A DNA stretch of 64,000 bases from Macrostomum hystrix (taxonomy: Eukaryota; Animalia; Platyhelminthes), in NCBI GenBank assembly GCA_950097015.1, contig CATNEN010000003.1, forward strand, positions 310,001 to 374,000. The letters are read 5' to 3'. Position 1 is the stretch's first letter. The number at the start of each line of letters is the position of its first letter. The position numbers were made by a program, and so were the translations under genes. Positions 41,001 to 52,487 of the stretch are shown one piece after another. The notes beneath the pieces are model-generated. The model ran no database searches. It was not told the origin of the DNA and worked only from the letters and a program-made list of their open reading frames with translations.

Positions 41001-43650
41001 ATCAGAGAGATGATCAATAGCGATGAGAATCAGAGAGATGATCAATAGCGATGAGAATCAGAGAGATGATCAATAGCGATGAGAATCAGAGAGATGATCA
41101 ATAGCGATGAGAATCAGAGAGATGATCAATAGCGATGAGAATCAGAGAGATGATCAATAGCGATGAGAATCAGAGAGATGATCAATAGCGATGAGAATCA
41201 GAGAGATGATCAATAGCGATGAGAATCAGAGAGATGATCAATAGCGATGAGAATCAGAGAGATGATCAATAGCGATGAGAATCAGAGAGATGATCAATAG
41301 CGATGAGAATCAGAGAGATGATCAATAGCGATGAGAATCAGAGAGAGTATCAATAGCGATGAGAATCAGAGAGATGATCAATAGCGATGAGAATCAGAGA
41401 GAGGATCAATAGCGATGAGAATCAGAGAGATGATCAATAGCGATGAGAATCAGAGAGAGGATCAATAGCGATGAGAATCAGAGAGATGATCAATAGCGAT
41501 GAGAATCAGATAGATGATCAATAGCGATGAGAATCAGAGAGATGATCAATAGCGATGAGAATCAGAGAGATGATCAATAGCGATGAGAATCAGAGAGAGG
41601 ATCAATAGCGATGAGAATCAGAGAGAGTATCAATAGCGATGAGAATCAGAGAGATGATCAATAGCGATGAGAATCAGAGAGAGGATCAATAGCGATGAGA
41701 ATCAGAGAGATGATCAATAGCGATGAGAATCAGAGAGAGGATCAATAGCGATGAGAATCAGAGAGATGATCAATAGCGACGAGAATCAGAGAGAGGATCA
41801 ATAGCGATGAGAATCAGAGAGATGATCAATAGCGATGAGAATCAGAGAGATGATCAATAGCGATGAGAATCAGAGAGAGGATCAATAGCGATGAGAATCA
41901 GAGAGATGATCAATAGCGATGAGAATCAGAGAGATGATCAATAGCGATGAGAATCAGATAGATGATCAATAGCGATGAGAATCAGAGAGAGGATCAATAG
42001 CGATGAGAATCAGAGAGAGGATCAATAGCGATGAGAATCAGAGAGATGATCAATAGCGATGAGAATCAGATAGATGATCAATAGCGATGAGAATCAGAGA
42101 GAGGATCAATAGCGATGAGAATCAGAGAGATGATCAATAGCGATGAGAATCAGAGAGATGATCAATAGCGATGAGAATCAGAGAGAGGATCAATAGCGAT
42201 GAGAATCAGAGAGAGGATCAATAGCGATGAGAATCAGAGAGATGATCAATAGCGATGAGAATCAGAGAGATGATCAATAGCGATGAGAATCAGAGAGATG
42301 ATCAATAGCGATGAGAATCAGAGAGATGATCAATAGCGATGAGAATCAGAGAGAGGATCAATAGCGATGAGAATCAGAGAGAGGATCAATAGCGATGAGA
42401 ATCAGAGAGATGATCAATAGCGATGAGAATCAGAGAGAGGATCAATGGCGATGAGAATCAGAGAGAGGATCAATAGCGATGAGAATCAGAGAGATGATCA
42501 ATAGCGATGAGAATCAGAGAGAGGATCAATAGCGATGAGAATCAGAGAGATGATCAATAGCGATGAGAATCAGAGAGAGGATCAATAGCGATGAGAATCA
42601 GAGAGATGATCAATAGCGATGAGAATCAGATAGATGATCAATAGCGATGAGAATCAGAGAGAGGATCAATAGCGATGAGAATCAGAGAGAGGATCAATAG
42701 CGATGAGAATCAGAGAGATGATCAATAGCGATGAGAATCAGATAGATGATCAATAGCGATGAGAATCAGAGAGAGGATCAATAGCGATGAGAATCAGAGA
42801 GATGATCAATAGCGATGAGAATCAGAGAGATGATCAATAGCGATGAGAATCAGAGAGATGATCAATAGCGATGAGAATCAGAGAGAGTATCAATAGCGAT
42901 GAGAATCAGAGAGAGGATCAATAGCGATGAGAATCAGAGAGAGGATCAATAGCGATGAGAATCAGAGAGAGGATCAATAGCGATGAGAATCAGAGAGATG
43001 ATCAATAGCGATGAGAATCAGAGAGATGATCAATAGCGATGAGAATCAGAGAGATGATCAATAGCGATGAGAATCAGAGAGAGTATCAATAGCGATGAGA
43101 ATCAGAGAGATGATCAATAGCGATGAGAATCAGAGAGATGATCAATAGCGATGATAATCAGAGAGATGATCAATAGCGATGAGAATCAGAGAGATGATCA
43201 ATAGCGATGAGAATCAGAGAGATGATCAATAGCGATGATAATCAGAGAGATGATCAATAGCGATGAGAATCAGAGAGATGATCAATAGCGATGAGAATCA
43301 GAGAGATGATCAATAGCGATGAGAATCAGAGAGATGATCAATAGCGATGAGAATCAGAGAGAGTATCAATAGCGATGAGAATCAGAGAGATGATCAATAG
43401 CGATGAGAATCAGAGAGATGATCAATAGCGATGATAATCAGAGAGATGATCAATAGCGATGAGAATCAGAGAGATGATCAATAGCGATGAGAATCAGAGA
43501 GAGGATCAATAGCGATGAGAATCAGAGAGATGATCAATAGCGATGAGAATCAGAGAGATGATCAATAGCGATGAGAATCAGAGAGATGATCAATAGCGAT
43601 GAGAATCAGAGAGATGATCAATAGCGATGAGAATCAGAGAGAGGATCAAT
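35088..43650. repeat. 28-bp satellite (gatgagaatcagagaga[T/G]gatcaatagc), about 305 copies
   Basis: Register is identical at 35161 and 43561 (8400 bp = 300 x 28). Confidence 0.98.
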
Positions 43651-44449
43651 TAGGCTCCTTTAAGCGAGGCTAAGACGAAGATCAAGCAGCGAGGCATTTT
43701 GAATTCAGAGTTTAATATGAATTCCAAGTGACTCTGAAAGTTGACTCAAACCTGATAAGTTGATTGGGACTTCGGGAAGGAGAAATTCATGGCTAAATAA
43801 AGCAGGCTTTGAAATCTGAATAAAAAGAGTATATGCCCAGCGATCCCAAAGTCTTGTTGAGACATTGTGGAGCAAACAGAAAAAAACAGAGAAGGTTCTT
43901 GTTGCTGGGAAATGTTCTTGAGCAAAGTGGTCCATGGGAGCTCGCTAGGTGACCAAGTCTGATTGTTTTCAAGGAAATCAATCAAAATATATGAAAGCAG
44001 CGCCCGCCGTTGTCATGCATTATGCATCATGTGGGCGGCGTTTTTAAACATTGCAAGAGCTTTGAGTATAAACTTTGAGCGGCTAAAATTTTCAGTTCAG
44101 TTCGGCATTTCCGTTGATGGCAACCACATGCAGTTGGTATCGTACTGGGTCCAGCCTCTGAAAGTCATTCATAATCAAAGGAGCCCAGAGAACCCAGATG
44201 TCAGATCTGCCAACAGCAAGGTTGACATCAGATAATGGAAATCGAAGGGGACTTAAAATGCGCATTGATTCGTGCTCGCCTTTTCATTATTTAACAGTTC
44301 AAATTCCCTATTGGGACTTCCACAAAGCTGTTGGCTCGAGACAGCTGATCAAATGCTATTAGGAATCTGCTATGAACTTTCCAAGCTTTAGTTTTAAATG
44401 AAACCAGACGTGCTGTGTGCGTGCGCGTGTGTGACAGGAGAGGGGGATG

Positions 44450-46155
44450 ACTAGAGTAGACAGTGAGAGGAGAGAATGAGAGAAGAGTAAACAGTGAGAG
44501 GAGAGGATAAGAGACGAGTAAACAGTGAGAAGAGAGGATAAGAGAAGAGAAGACAGTAAGAAGAGAGGAGGAGAGAAAAGTAGACGGTGTGAAAAGAGGA
44601 GGAGAGAAGAGTAGACAGTGAGAAGAGAGGAGGAGAGAAGAGTAGACAGTGAGAAGAGAGGAGGAGAGAAGAGTAGACAGTGAGAGGAGAGGATGAGAGA
44701 AGAGAAGACAGTAAGAAGAGAGGAGGAGAGAAAAGTAGACGGTGTGAAAAGAGGAGGAGAGAAGAGTAGACAGTGAGAAGAGAGGAGGAGAGAAGAGTAG
44801 ACAGTGAGAAGAGAGGAGGAGAGAAGAGTAGACAGTGAGAGGAGAGGATGAGAGAAGAGTAGACAGTGAGAAGAGAGGATGAGAGAAAAGAAGACAGTAA
44901 GAAGAGAGGAGGAGAGAAAAGTAGACGGTGTGAAAAGAGGAGGAGAGAAGAGTAGACAGTGAGAAGAGAGGAGGAGAGAAGAGTAGACAGTGAGAAGAGA
45001 GGAGGAGAGAAGAGTAGACAGTGAGAGGAGAGGATGAGAGAAGAGTAGACAGTGAGAAGAGAGGATGAGAGAAAAGAAGACAGTAAGAAGAGAGGAGGAG
45101 AGAAAAGTAGACGGTGTGAAAAGAGGAGGAGAGAAGAGTATACAGTGAGAAGAGAGGAGGAGAGAAGAGAAGACAGTAAGAAGAGAAGAGGAGAGAAGAG
45201 AAGACAGTAAGAAGAGAGGAGGAGAGAAAAGTAGACAGTGAGAAGGAGAGGATGAGAAAAGAGAAGACAGTAAGAAGAGAAGAGGAGAGAAGAGAAGACA
45301 GTAAGAAGAGAGGAGGAGAGAAAAGTAGACAGCGAGAAGAGAGGAGGAGAGAAGAGAGGAGGAGAGAAGAGTAGAGAGTGGGAAGAGAGGAGGAGATAAG
45401 AGAGGAGGAGAGAAGAGAAGACAGTAAGAAGAGAGGAGGAGAGAAAAGTAGACAGTGTGAAAAGAGGAGGAGAGAAGAGTAGACAGCGAGAAGAGAAGAG
45501 GAGAGAAGAGAGGAGGATAGAAGATGAGAGAGTGGGAAGAGAGAAGGAGAGAGTGGGAAGAGAGGAGGAGAGAGTGGGAAGAGAGAAGAGAGGAGGAGGA
45601 GAGAGGAGAGTGGGAAGAGAGGAGGAGAGAGTGGGAAGAGAGGAGGAGAGAGTGGGAAGAGAGGAGGAGAGAAGAGTAGACGGTGTGAAAAGAGGAGGAG
45701 AGAAGAGTAGACAGTGAGAGGAGAGGATAAGAGACGAGTAAACAGTGAGAAGAGAGGATGAGAGAAGAGAAGACAGTAAGAAGAGAGGAGGAGAGAAAAG
45801 TAGACGGTGTGAAAAGAGGAGGAGAGAAGAGTAGACAGTGAGAAGAGAGGAGGAGAGAAGAGTAGACAGTGAGAAGAGAGGAGGAGAGAAGAATAGACAG
45901 TGAGAGGAGAGGATGAGAGAAGAGTAGACAGTGAGAAGAGAGGATGAGAGAAGAGAAGACAGTAAGAAGAGAGGAGGAGAGAAAAGTAGACGGTGTGAAA
46001 AGAGGAGGAGAGAAGAGTAGACAGTGAGAAGAGAGGAGGAGAGAAGAGTAGACAGTGAGAAGAGAGGAGGAGAGAAGAGTAGACAGTGAGAGGAGAGGAT
46101 GAGAGAAGAGTAGACAGTGATAAGGAGAGAGGGAGAGAGGGAGAGAGAGAGCGGG
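44450..46155. repeat. Purine-rich compound satellite (agtagacagtgagaagagaggaggagagaag-like units)
   Basis: Plus strand is almost entirely A/G; source of the 600-aa S/L/P ORFs on the minus strand. Confidence 0.95.
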
Positions 46156-46225
46156 AGAGAGGAGAGAGGACACTGCCCATTGAATTTCAAAAATCTAATG
46201 TTGGAATCGATTCCGATATGTATCG

Positions 46226-46335
46226 AAAAAATTGAAATCAGGATTCGAACCAAGGCAACTCCAGACGCGTTTCGCTCTTATTGGAGCTCATCAGTAGAGT
46301 CTAGCCTAGCGCTCTAGCCATTAGACTATAGGCGC
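46226..46335 (-). promoter_or_regulatory. tRNA-like internal Pol III promoter and terminator flanking the hammerhead
   Basis: A box TAGTCTAATGG (46328-46318), B box GGTTCGAATCC (46251-46241), TTTTTT (46231-46226). Confidence 0.75.
46253..46307 (-). ncRNA. Type I hammerhead ribozyme
   Basis: Minus strand: ggctagACTCTA CTGATGA GCTC caataa GAGC GAAA CGC GTC^TGGAGTtgcc. Complete core (CUGAUGA, GAAA, GUC), 4-bp stem II with 6-nt loop, bulged stem I, palindromic mini stem III ACGCGU. Confidence 0.9.
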
Positions 46336-46599
46336 TTGTTCAAATCCAGCTTTCAATCTCAACATATCGTAATCAATTCGGCAGCGCCACGCAAACCAAT
46401 CCATACTCACTCAACTCCGTGGCACTGACTCGGTCGTACGAGACGCCGGTGCTGGCCTGAGAGAGAGGGAGAGAGGGAGCGATAGAGAGGAGAGAGGACA
46501 CTGCCCATTGAATTTCAAAAACCTAATGTTGGAATCGATTCCGATATGTATCGAAAAAAATACATATCCATATACATATACATATAAAAATACATACAC

Positions 46600-47950
46600 C
46601 TAGGAGGAGAGAAGAGTAGACAGTGAGAAGGAGAGGATGAGAGAAGAGTAGACAGTGAGAAGGAGAGGATGAGAGAAGAGTAGACAGTGAGAAGGAGAGG
46701 ATGAGAGAAGAGAAGACAGTAAGAAGAGAGGAGGAGAGAAAAGTAGACGGTGTGAAAAGAGGAGGAGAGAAGAGTATACAGTGAGAAGGAGAGGATGAGA
46801 GAAGAGAAGACAGTAAGAAGAGAAGAGGAGAGAAGAGAAGACAGTAAGAAGAGAGGAGGAGAGAAAAGTAGACAGTGAGAAGGAGAGGATGAGAGAAGAG
46901 AAGACAGTAAGAAGAGAAGAGGAGAGAAAAGTAGACGGTGTGAAAAGAGGAGGAGAGAAGAGTATACAGTGAGAAGGAGAGGATGAGAGAAGAGAAGACA
47001 GTAAGAAGAGAAGAGGAGAGAAGAGAAGACAGTAAGAAGAGAGGAGGAGAGAAAAGTAGACAGTGAGAAGGAGAGGATGAGAGAAGAGAAGACAGTAAGA
47101 AGAGAGGAGGAGAGAAAAGTAGACGGTGTGAAAAGAGGAGGAGAGAAGAGTATACAGTGAGAAGGAGAGGATGAGAGAAGAGAAGACAGTAAGAAGAGAA
47201 GAGGAGAGAAGAGAAGACAGTAAGAAGAGAGGAGGAGAGAAAAGTAGACAGTGAGAAGAGAGGATGAGAGAAGAGAAAACAGTAAGAAGAGAAGAGGAGA
47301 GAAAAGTAGACGGTGTGAAAAGAGGAGGAGAGAAGAGTATACAGTGAGAAGGAGAGGATGAGAGAAGAGAAGACAGTAAGAAGAGAAGAGGAGAGAAGAG
47401 AAGACAGTAAGAAGAGAGGAGGAGAGAAAAGTAGACAGTGAGAAGAGAGGATGAGAGAAGAGAAAACAGTAAGAAGAGAAGAGGAGAGAAAAGTAGACGG
47501 TGTGAAAAGAGGAGGAGAGAAGAGTATACAGTGAGAAGGAGAGGATGAGAGAAGAGAAGACAGTAAGAAGAGAGGAGGAGAGAAAAGTAGACAGCGAGAA
47601 GAGAGGAGGAGAGAAGAGAGGAGGAGAGAAGAGTAGAGAGTGGGAAGAGAGGAGGAGATAAGAGAGGAGGAGAGAAGAGAAGACAGTAAGAAGAGAGGAG
47701 GAGAGAAAAGAGGAGGAGAGGAGAGTAGAGAGTGGGGAGAGAGGAGGAGAGAAGAGTAGAGAGTGGGGAGAGAGGAGGAGAGAAGAGAAGACAGTAAGAA
47801 GAGAGGAGGAGAGAAAAGAGGAGGAGAGGAGAGTAGAGAGTGGGGAGAGAGGAGGAGAGAAGAGTAGAGAGTGGGGAGAGAGGAGGAGAGAAGAGGAGAG
47901 AGTGGGAAGAGAGGAGGAGAGATGAGTAGACAGTGAGAACAGAGAGGAAA
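46600..47950. repeat. Second purine-rich compound satellite, same family as 44450-46155
   Basis: Shares the units agtagacagtgagaag, agacagtaagaag and tagacggtgtgaaaag. Confidence 0.95.
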
Positions 47951-49004
47951 GGAGGCAAAGCATTGTGAAGTGGAACAAAAATAGTTCTGTAGCCAGCTCC
48001 AAGCACAGTTTTATATTCATTTTTAAACGCAGTCTAAAGCAAGAATTACAGATAATTAAAATGCAAGTCAATTGCACGAAAACGAAAACACGCCCAGAGA
48101 AGATTGAGTTCAAAAGAGATTTATGCAAATGCGGGCAGCAATTAGATTTCTTAGATAATCAGAACAGTCCAGAATGCCGAAGCATATCTATCACTGTGCC
48201 CACAGTTGGGTTTATTATTCAAACTCAAGCGACAATAAAAATCTCCGACATCCTTTGGGAGGCCGGCGGAAAATTATTAGTGAATCCTCAAGGGATTCAA
48301 TAAAGCCGGATGCATTGGGCATATCTGAGGAGGCCGTTAGGCAAGTCGATTCATCAGACTCACCCCACGGCAGCTAAATCCCAAATCCTCAATGAATGAT
48401 GAATGCCCGGTTGGGAGAAAAAAAAATGGCTTTAATTTGTTACCAATGGCAACGGTTGAAAATTCGGCCTTGGCTCGGGAGTGCTGACGTGTTCGTGCTT
48501 TCCAGTCAATATTTAGCTAAACATGAGGCCCGTTTTTCTGAGCTTGTTGAGATTTAATTGCTTTGAATAATTTTTTATTATTAAAATACATCTAAGGAAA
48601 ATTGAGGTGGGACCAGACTGTCCTTGAATTGGCAGGTGGCCTAATTTTAATCAGTGTAGACACTGCGGATTTTCATTTTCTCATTATCCATCTTCTGAAT
48701 TATCTATTTAACCAGCTCTGCTCTGCTTCTTTGGCACGGATTAAAGAGCAGAGAGCAATGTGTTCTTTTCAAAGTGATTTTTCAAAACTGGAGCCATACT
48801 AAGCATCCGATTCGCGGAAAGCTCAGACAACAAACGGATGACCGCACCAACGCAAACAATGTTCTAAGCAAGGAGAGCGCAGTGCTACAAAATCACAGGT
48901 CTAGGTCAAGGATTTGCGGTGAAAAAATATTATTCTGCTCTGGTTCGACTTCAAATGTGTTCTGTCTTCAGGTAAAATACAACTCAACTGAACAAAGTTC
49001 CACT

Positions 49005-49780
49005 TAACCCACTCCCAACTCTTCAGGTTCCATTTTATCCAATTCCAACTCTTCAGGTTCCATTTTATCCAATTCCAACTCTTCAGGTTCCATTTTATCC
49101 AATTCCAACTCTTCAGGTTCCATTTTATCCAATTCCAACTCTTCAGGTTCCATTTTATCCAATTCCAACTCTTCAGGTTCCATTTTATCCAATTCCAACT
49201 CTTCAGGTTCCATTTTATCCAATTCCAACTCTTCAGGTTCCATTTTATCTTTAGTTTCCACTTAATCCAATCCTAAATCTTTAGTTTCTACTTAATCAAA
49301 TCCCAAATCTTTAGTTTCCACTTAATCAAATCCCAAATCTTTAGTTTCCACTTAATCCAATTCCAACTCTTCAGGTTCCATTTTATCCTATTCTAACTCT
49401 TCAGGTTCCATTTTATCCAATTCCAACTCTTCATGTTCCATTTTATCCTATTCTAACTCTTCAGGTTCCATTTTATCCAATTCCAACTCTTCAGGTTCCA
49501 TTTTATCCAATTCCAACTCTTCAGGTTCCATTTTATCCTTTTCCAACTCTTCAGGTTCCATTTTATCCAATTCCAACTCTTCAGGTTCCATTTTATCTAA
49601 TTCCAACTCTTCAGGTTCCATTTTATCCTATTCCAACTCTTCAGGTTCCATTTTATCCAATTCCAACTCTTCAGGTTCCATTTTATCTTTAGTTTCCACT
49701 TAATCCAATCCTGAATCTTTAGTTTCCACTTAATCCAATCCCAACTCTTCAGGTTCCATTTTATCCAATTCCAACTCTTT
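49005..49780. repeat. 30-bp minisatellite (aattccaactcttcaggttccattttatcc) with interspersed variant units
   Basis: Period-30 repetition visible directly. Confidence 0.95.
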
Positions 49781-50739
49781 AATATGTGATTTCCAAATCA
49801 CATGATTGTAAATATCTGGTTATGAAATTTCGTGTCAAGATTTCGAAAGATGGTTAATATTCTATATAATTTTCGTTTTCGAAAAATCAATTCTCCTAGT
49901 CAATTTTGAAGAGAAATTTAGAATCAGACTCCATTCAAAAACAGTGGAGCGAGCTGTGGTTTTTTTGTGAAAAAGTTTCCACGCAGCCGAACAATTCAAG
50001 TCCAGTTTTAGTTAGAAATTTTCATTATTTGCAACACAAGTTTTCAGTTGGTTGAGTTTTCAAATTGAATTCGCTTTTTAAAAAGTCTGTTGCACGGTTG
50101 GTTGTTCACGGGATTTGGCTCATCTGACCTCCCAGTTGAATTCCACATTTGAGCTTAGTGACTGAGTTAGCTTGCTATCACAAATGCTTTGTAAGTCTGT
50201 CCAGAGTACCAACGGTGCCCAGAACAAGAAGCAGTATGTCAGCATTGATTTCCCCGTATACTTCCGGATTGTAGGGGACCAGAGCTCCCGGAACGAGTTC
50301 AATTTTATAGAATTTGACGGAGCAGGGCTGGCATATCTTTCATGAGGCATCACGCAATGCTTGCGTGCTGATTTGATCAGTATTGATACCCATCATACAC
50401 AGGCAATCATGTTGACCAAATCTGGAACTCATATCCATATTTGAACTTGGTCTCAGCCTTCCATTTCTAATACTGATGAAAGTCTTGAACTGCAGAGCAG
50501 CTTTAACCTCCAGAATGATATTTTACTGATCTAACCGAACTTAAATATCTACTTAAAGTAGCATAAAAAGTAATTGTAACTTTATCGAAATCAGAACCAG
50601 AAAAGAAATGATTGCATCGACTTTTGGTAATTTATCATAGACATACTAGGTATCTAAAATACATGTGAACAGAGCGTGAACAAAGCAAAATATCTGTTTT
50701 AAAGTAACCAACAGAACCTTCCCCAGTATCCCAAATGCC

Positions 50740-51680
50740 CCAGACGGTCCCCAACCATCCCCAACCGTCCCCAACTGTCCCTAGCTGTCCCCAACTATCT
50801 CCAACTGTCCCTAGCTGTCCCCAACTGTCCCTAGCTGTCCCCAACGGTCCCTAGCTGTCCCCAACTGTCCCTAGCTGTCCCCAACTATCTCCAACTGTCC
50901 CCATCTGTCCCCAACTATCCCCAACTGTCCCCAACTGTCCCTAGCTGTCCCCAACTATCTCCAACTGTCCCCAGCTGTCCCCAACTATCCCCAACTGTCC
51001 CCAACTGTCCCTAGCTGTCCCCAACTGTCCCTAACTATCTCCAACAGTCCCCAACTGTCCCTAGCTGTCCCCAACTGTCCCCAGCTGTCCCCAACTATCC
51101 CCAACTGTCCCCAACTGTCCCCAACTGTCCCCAACTGTCCCCAACTATCCCCAACTGTCCCCAACTGTCCCCATCTGTCCCCAACTATCCCCAACTGTCC
51201 CCAACTATCCCCAACTGTCCCCAACTATCCCCAACTGTCCCCAACTATCCCCAACTATCCCCAACTGTCCCCAACTATCCCCAACTGTCCCCAACTGTCC
51301 CCATCTGTCCCCAACTGTCCCCATCTGTCCCCAACTATCTCCAACTGTCCCCAACTATCTCCAACTGTCCCCAACTGTCTCCAACTGTCCCTAGCTGTCC
51401 CCAACTGTCCCTAGCTGTCCCCAACTGTCCCTAGCTGTCCCCAACTGTCCCTAGCTGTCCCCAACTGTCCCTAGCTGTCCCCAACTGTCCCTAGCTGTCC
51501 CCAACTGTCCCTAGCTGTCCCCAACTGTCCCTAGCTGTCCCCAACTGTCCCTAGCTGTCCCCAACTGTCCCTAGCTGTCCCCAACTGTCCCTAACTATCT
51601 CCAACAGTCCCCAACTGTCCCCAACTGTCCCTAACTATCCCCAACTGTCCCCAACTATCCCCAACTGTCCCCAACCATCC
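50740..51680. repeat. 10-bp minisatellite (ccaactgtcc / ctagctgtcc)
   Basis: About 90 tandem decamers in constant register. Confidence 0.95.
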
Positions 51681-52330
51681 CAAACAATCAACCATACCCA
51701 TCTAACCCGGAACGTCACGAACTATCAGCCATCCCCAAACGCCCTCAATCGTCCCCATCAGGTCACGAACATACTTTATTCTCATCAACCAGCCTCACCT
51801 TTGTCCATCGTGTCCAAACCGCAGTTAACCCACAGCTAACCTCACCTTGTTTACTTCACCCTGTGGAGAAATTAATTTAAACGGATAGTTAGCTACCATC
51901 AAATGACTCAGTCTTGTATCTTATTGGTTAATATTACTGTGACACTCGATTGCGTCAAGTTGCCCCGATTAAAACCACAGAGAGTTCAAATGAGCATTAG
52001 GTGAGCACACTTAGTCTCAGCACATCTTTTGTGGCTGCAAAAGAAAAACGTACGTGCTCACATCACTAACTATTCCATCTCAGATTTTCTGACTAAAAAG
52101 GCAGAAGACTTCCCTGCATAGCACCTATTGTACAGCACTACGGCGAAATGAAGTGAACAGTCCCGTGAGTACCTGTGTGGACAATGGGCTGGCTCAGCTT
52201 TAAATATTCTCTGTCGATAGCATCCAATAGAAACCTTTCTATGAAAGAAAGTTGAGCTAAGAAAATTCCTCAGCAGCTTGAACGTAACTCAGTTTGGAAA
52301 TACGAGCTATTGTAGACCAAATTAGTTCGA

Positions 52331-52487
52331 CGCAAGCATTTATCGATATCCCAGAGATAAAGTAGCGCAAGCATTTATCGATATCCCAGAGATCAAGTAG
52401 CGCAAGCATTTATCGATATCCCAGAGATAAAGTAGCGCAAGCATTTATCGATATCCCAGAGATAAAGTAGCGCAAGCATTTATCGAT
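52331..52487. repeat. 35-bp tandem repeat (about 4.5 copies) ending at the start codon of the next gene
   Basis: Copies start at 52331, 52366, 52401, 52436 and 52471. Confidence 0.92.

Larger units (their letters stand above)
46156..46559 (-). mobile_element. Retrozyme/SINE-like unit: 328-bp monomer bounded by 76-bp direct repeats
   Basis: 46156-46231 and 46484-46559 are near-identical (one mismatch seen). The interval holds Pol III boxes and a hammerhead. Confidence 0.7.

Noticed and set aside
35088-43650. CRISPR-like array of 28-bp repeats
   Set aside because: Repeats are head-to-tail with no unique spacers, there are no cas genes, and the context is eukaryotic.
44291-48128. 468-629 aa minus-strand ORFs rich in S/L/P/F
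   Set aside because: Open in several frames only because pyrimidine-rich repeats lack stop codons.
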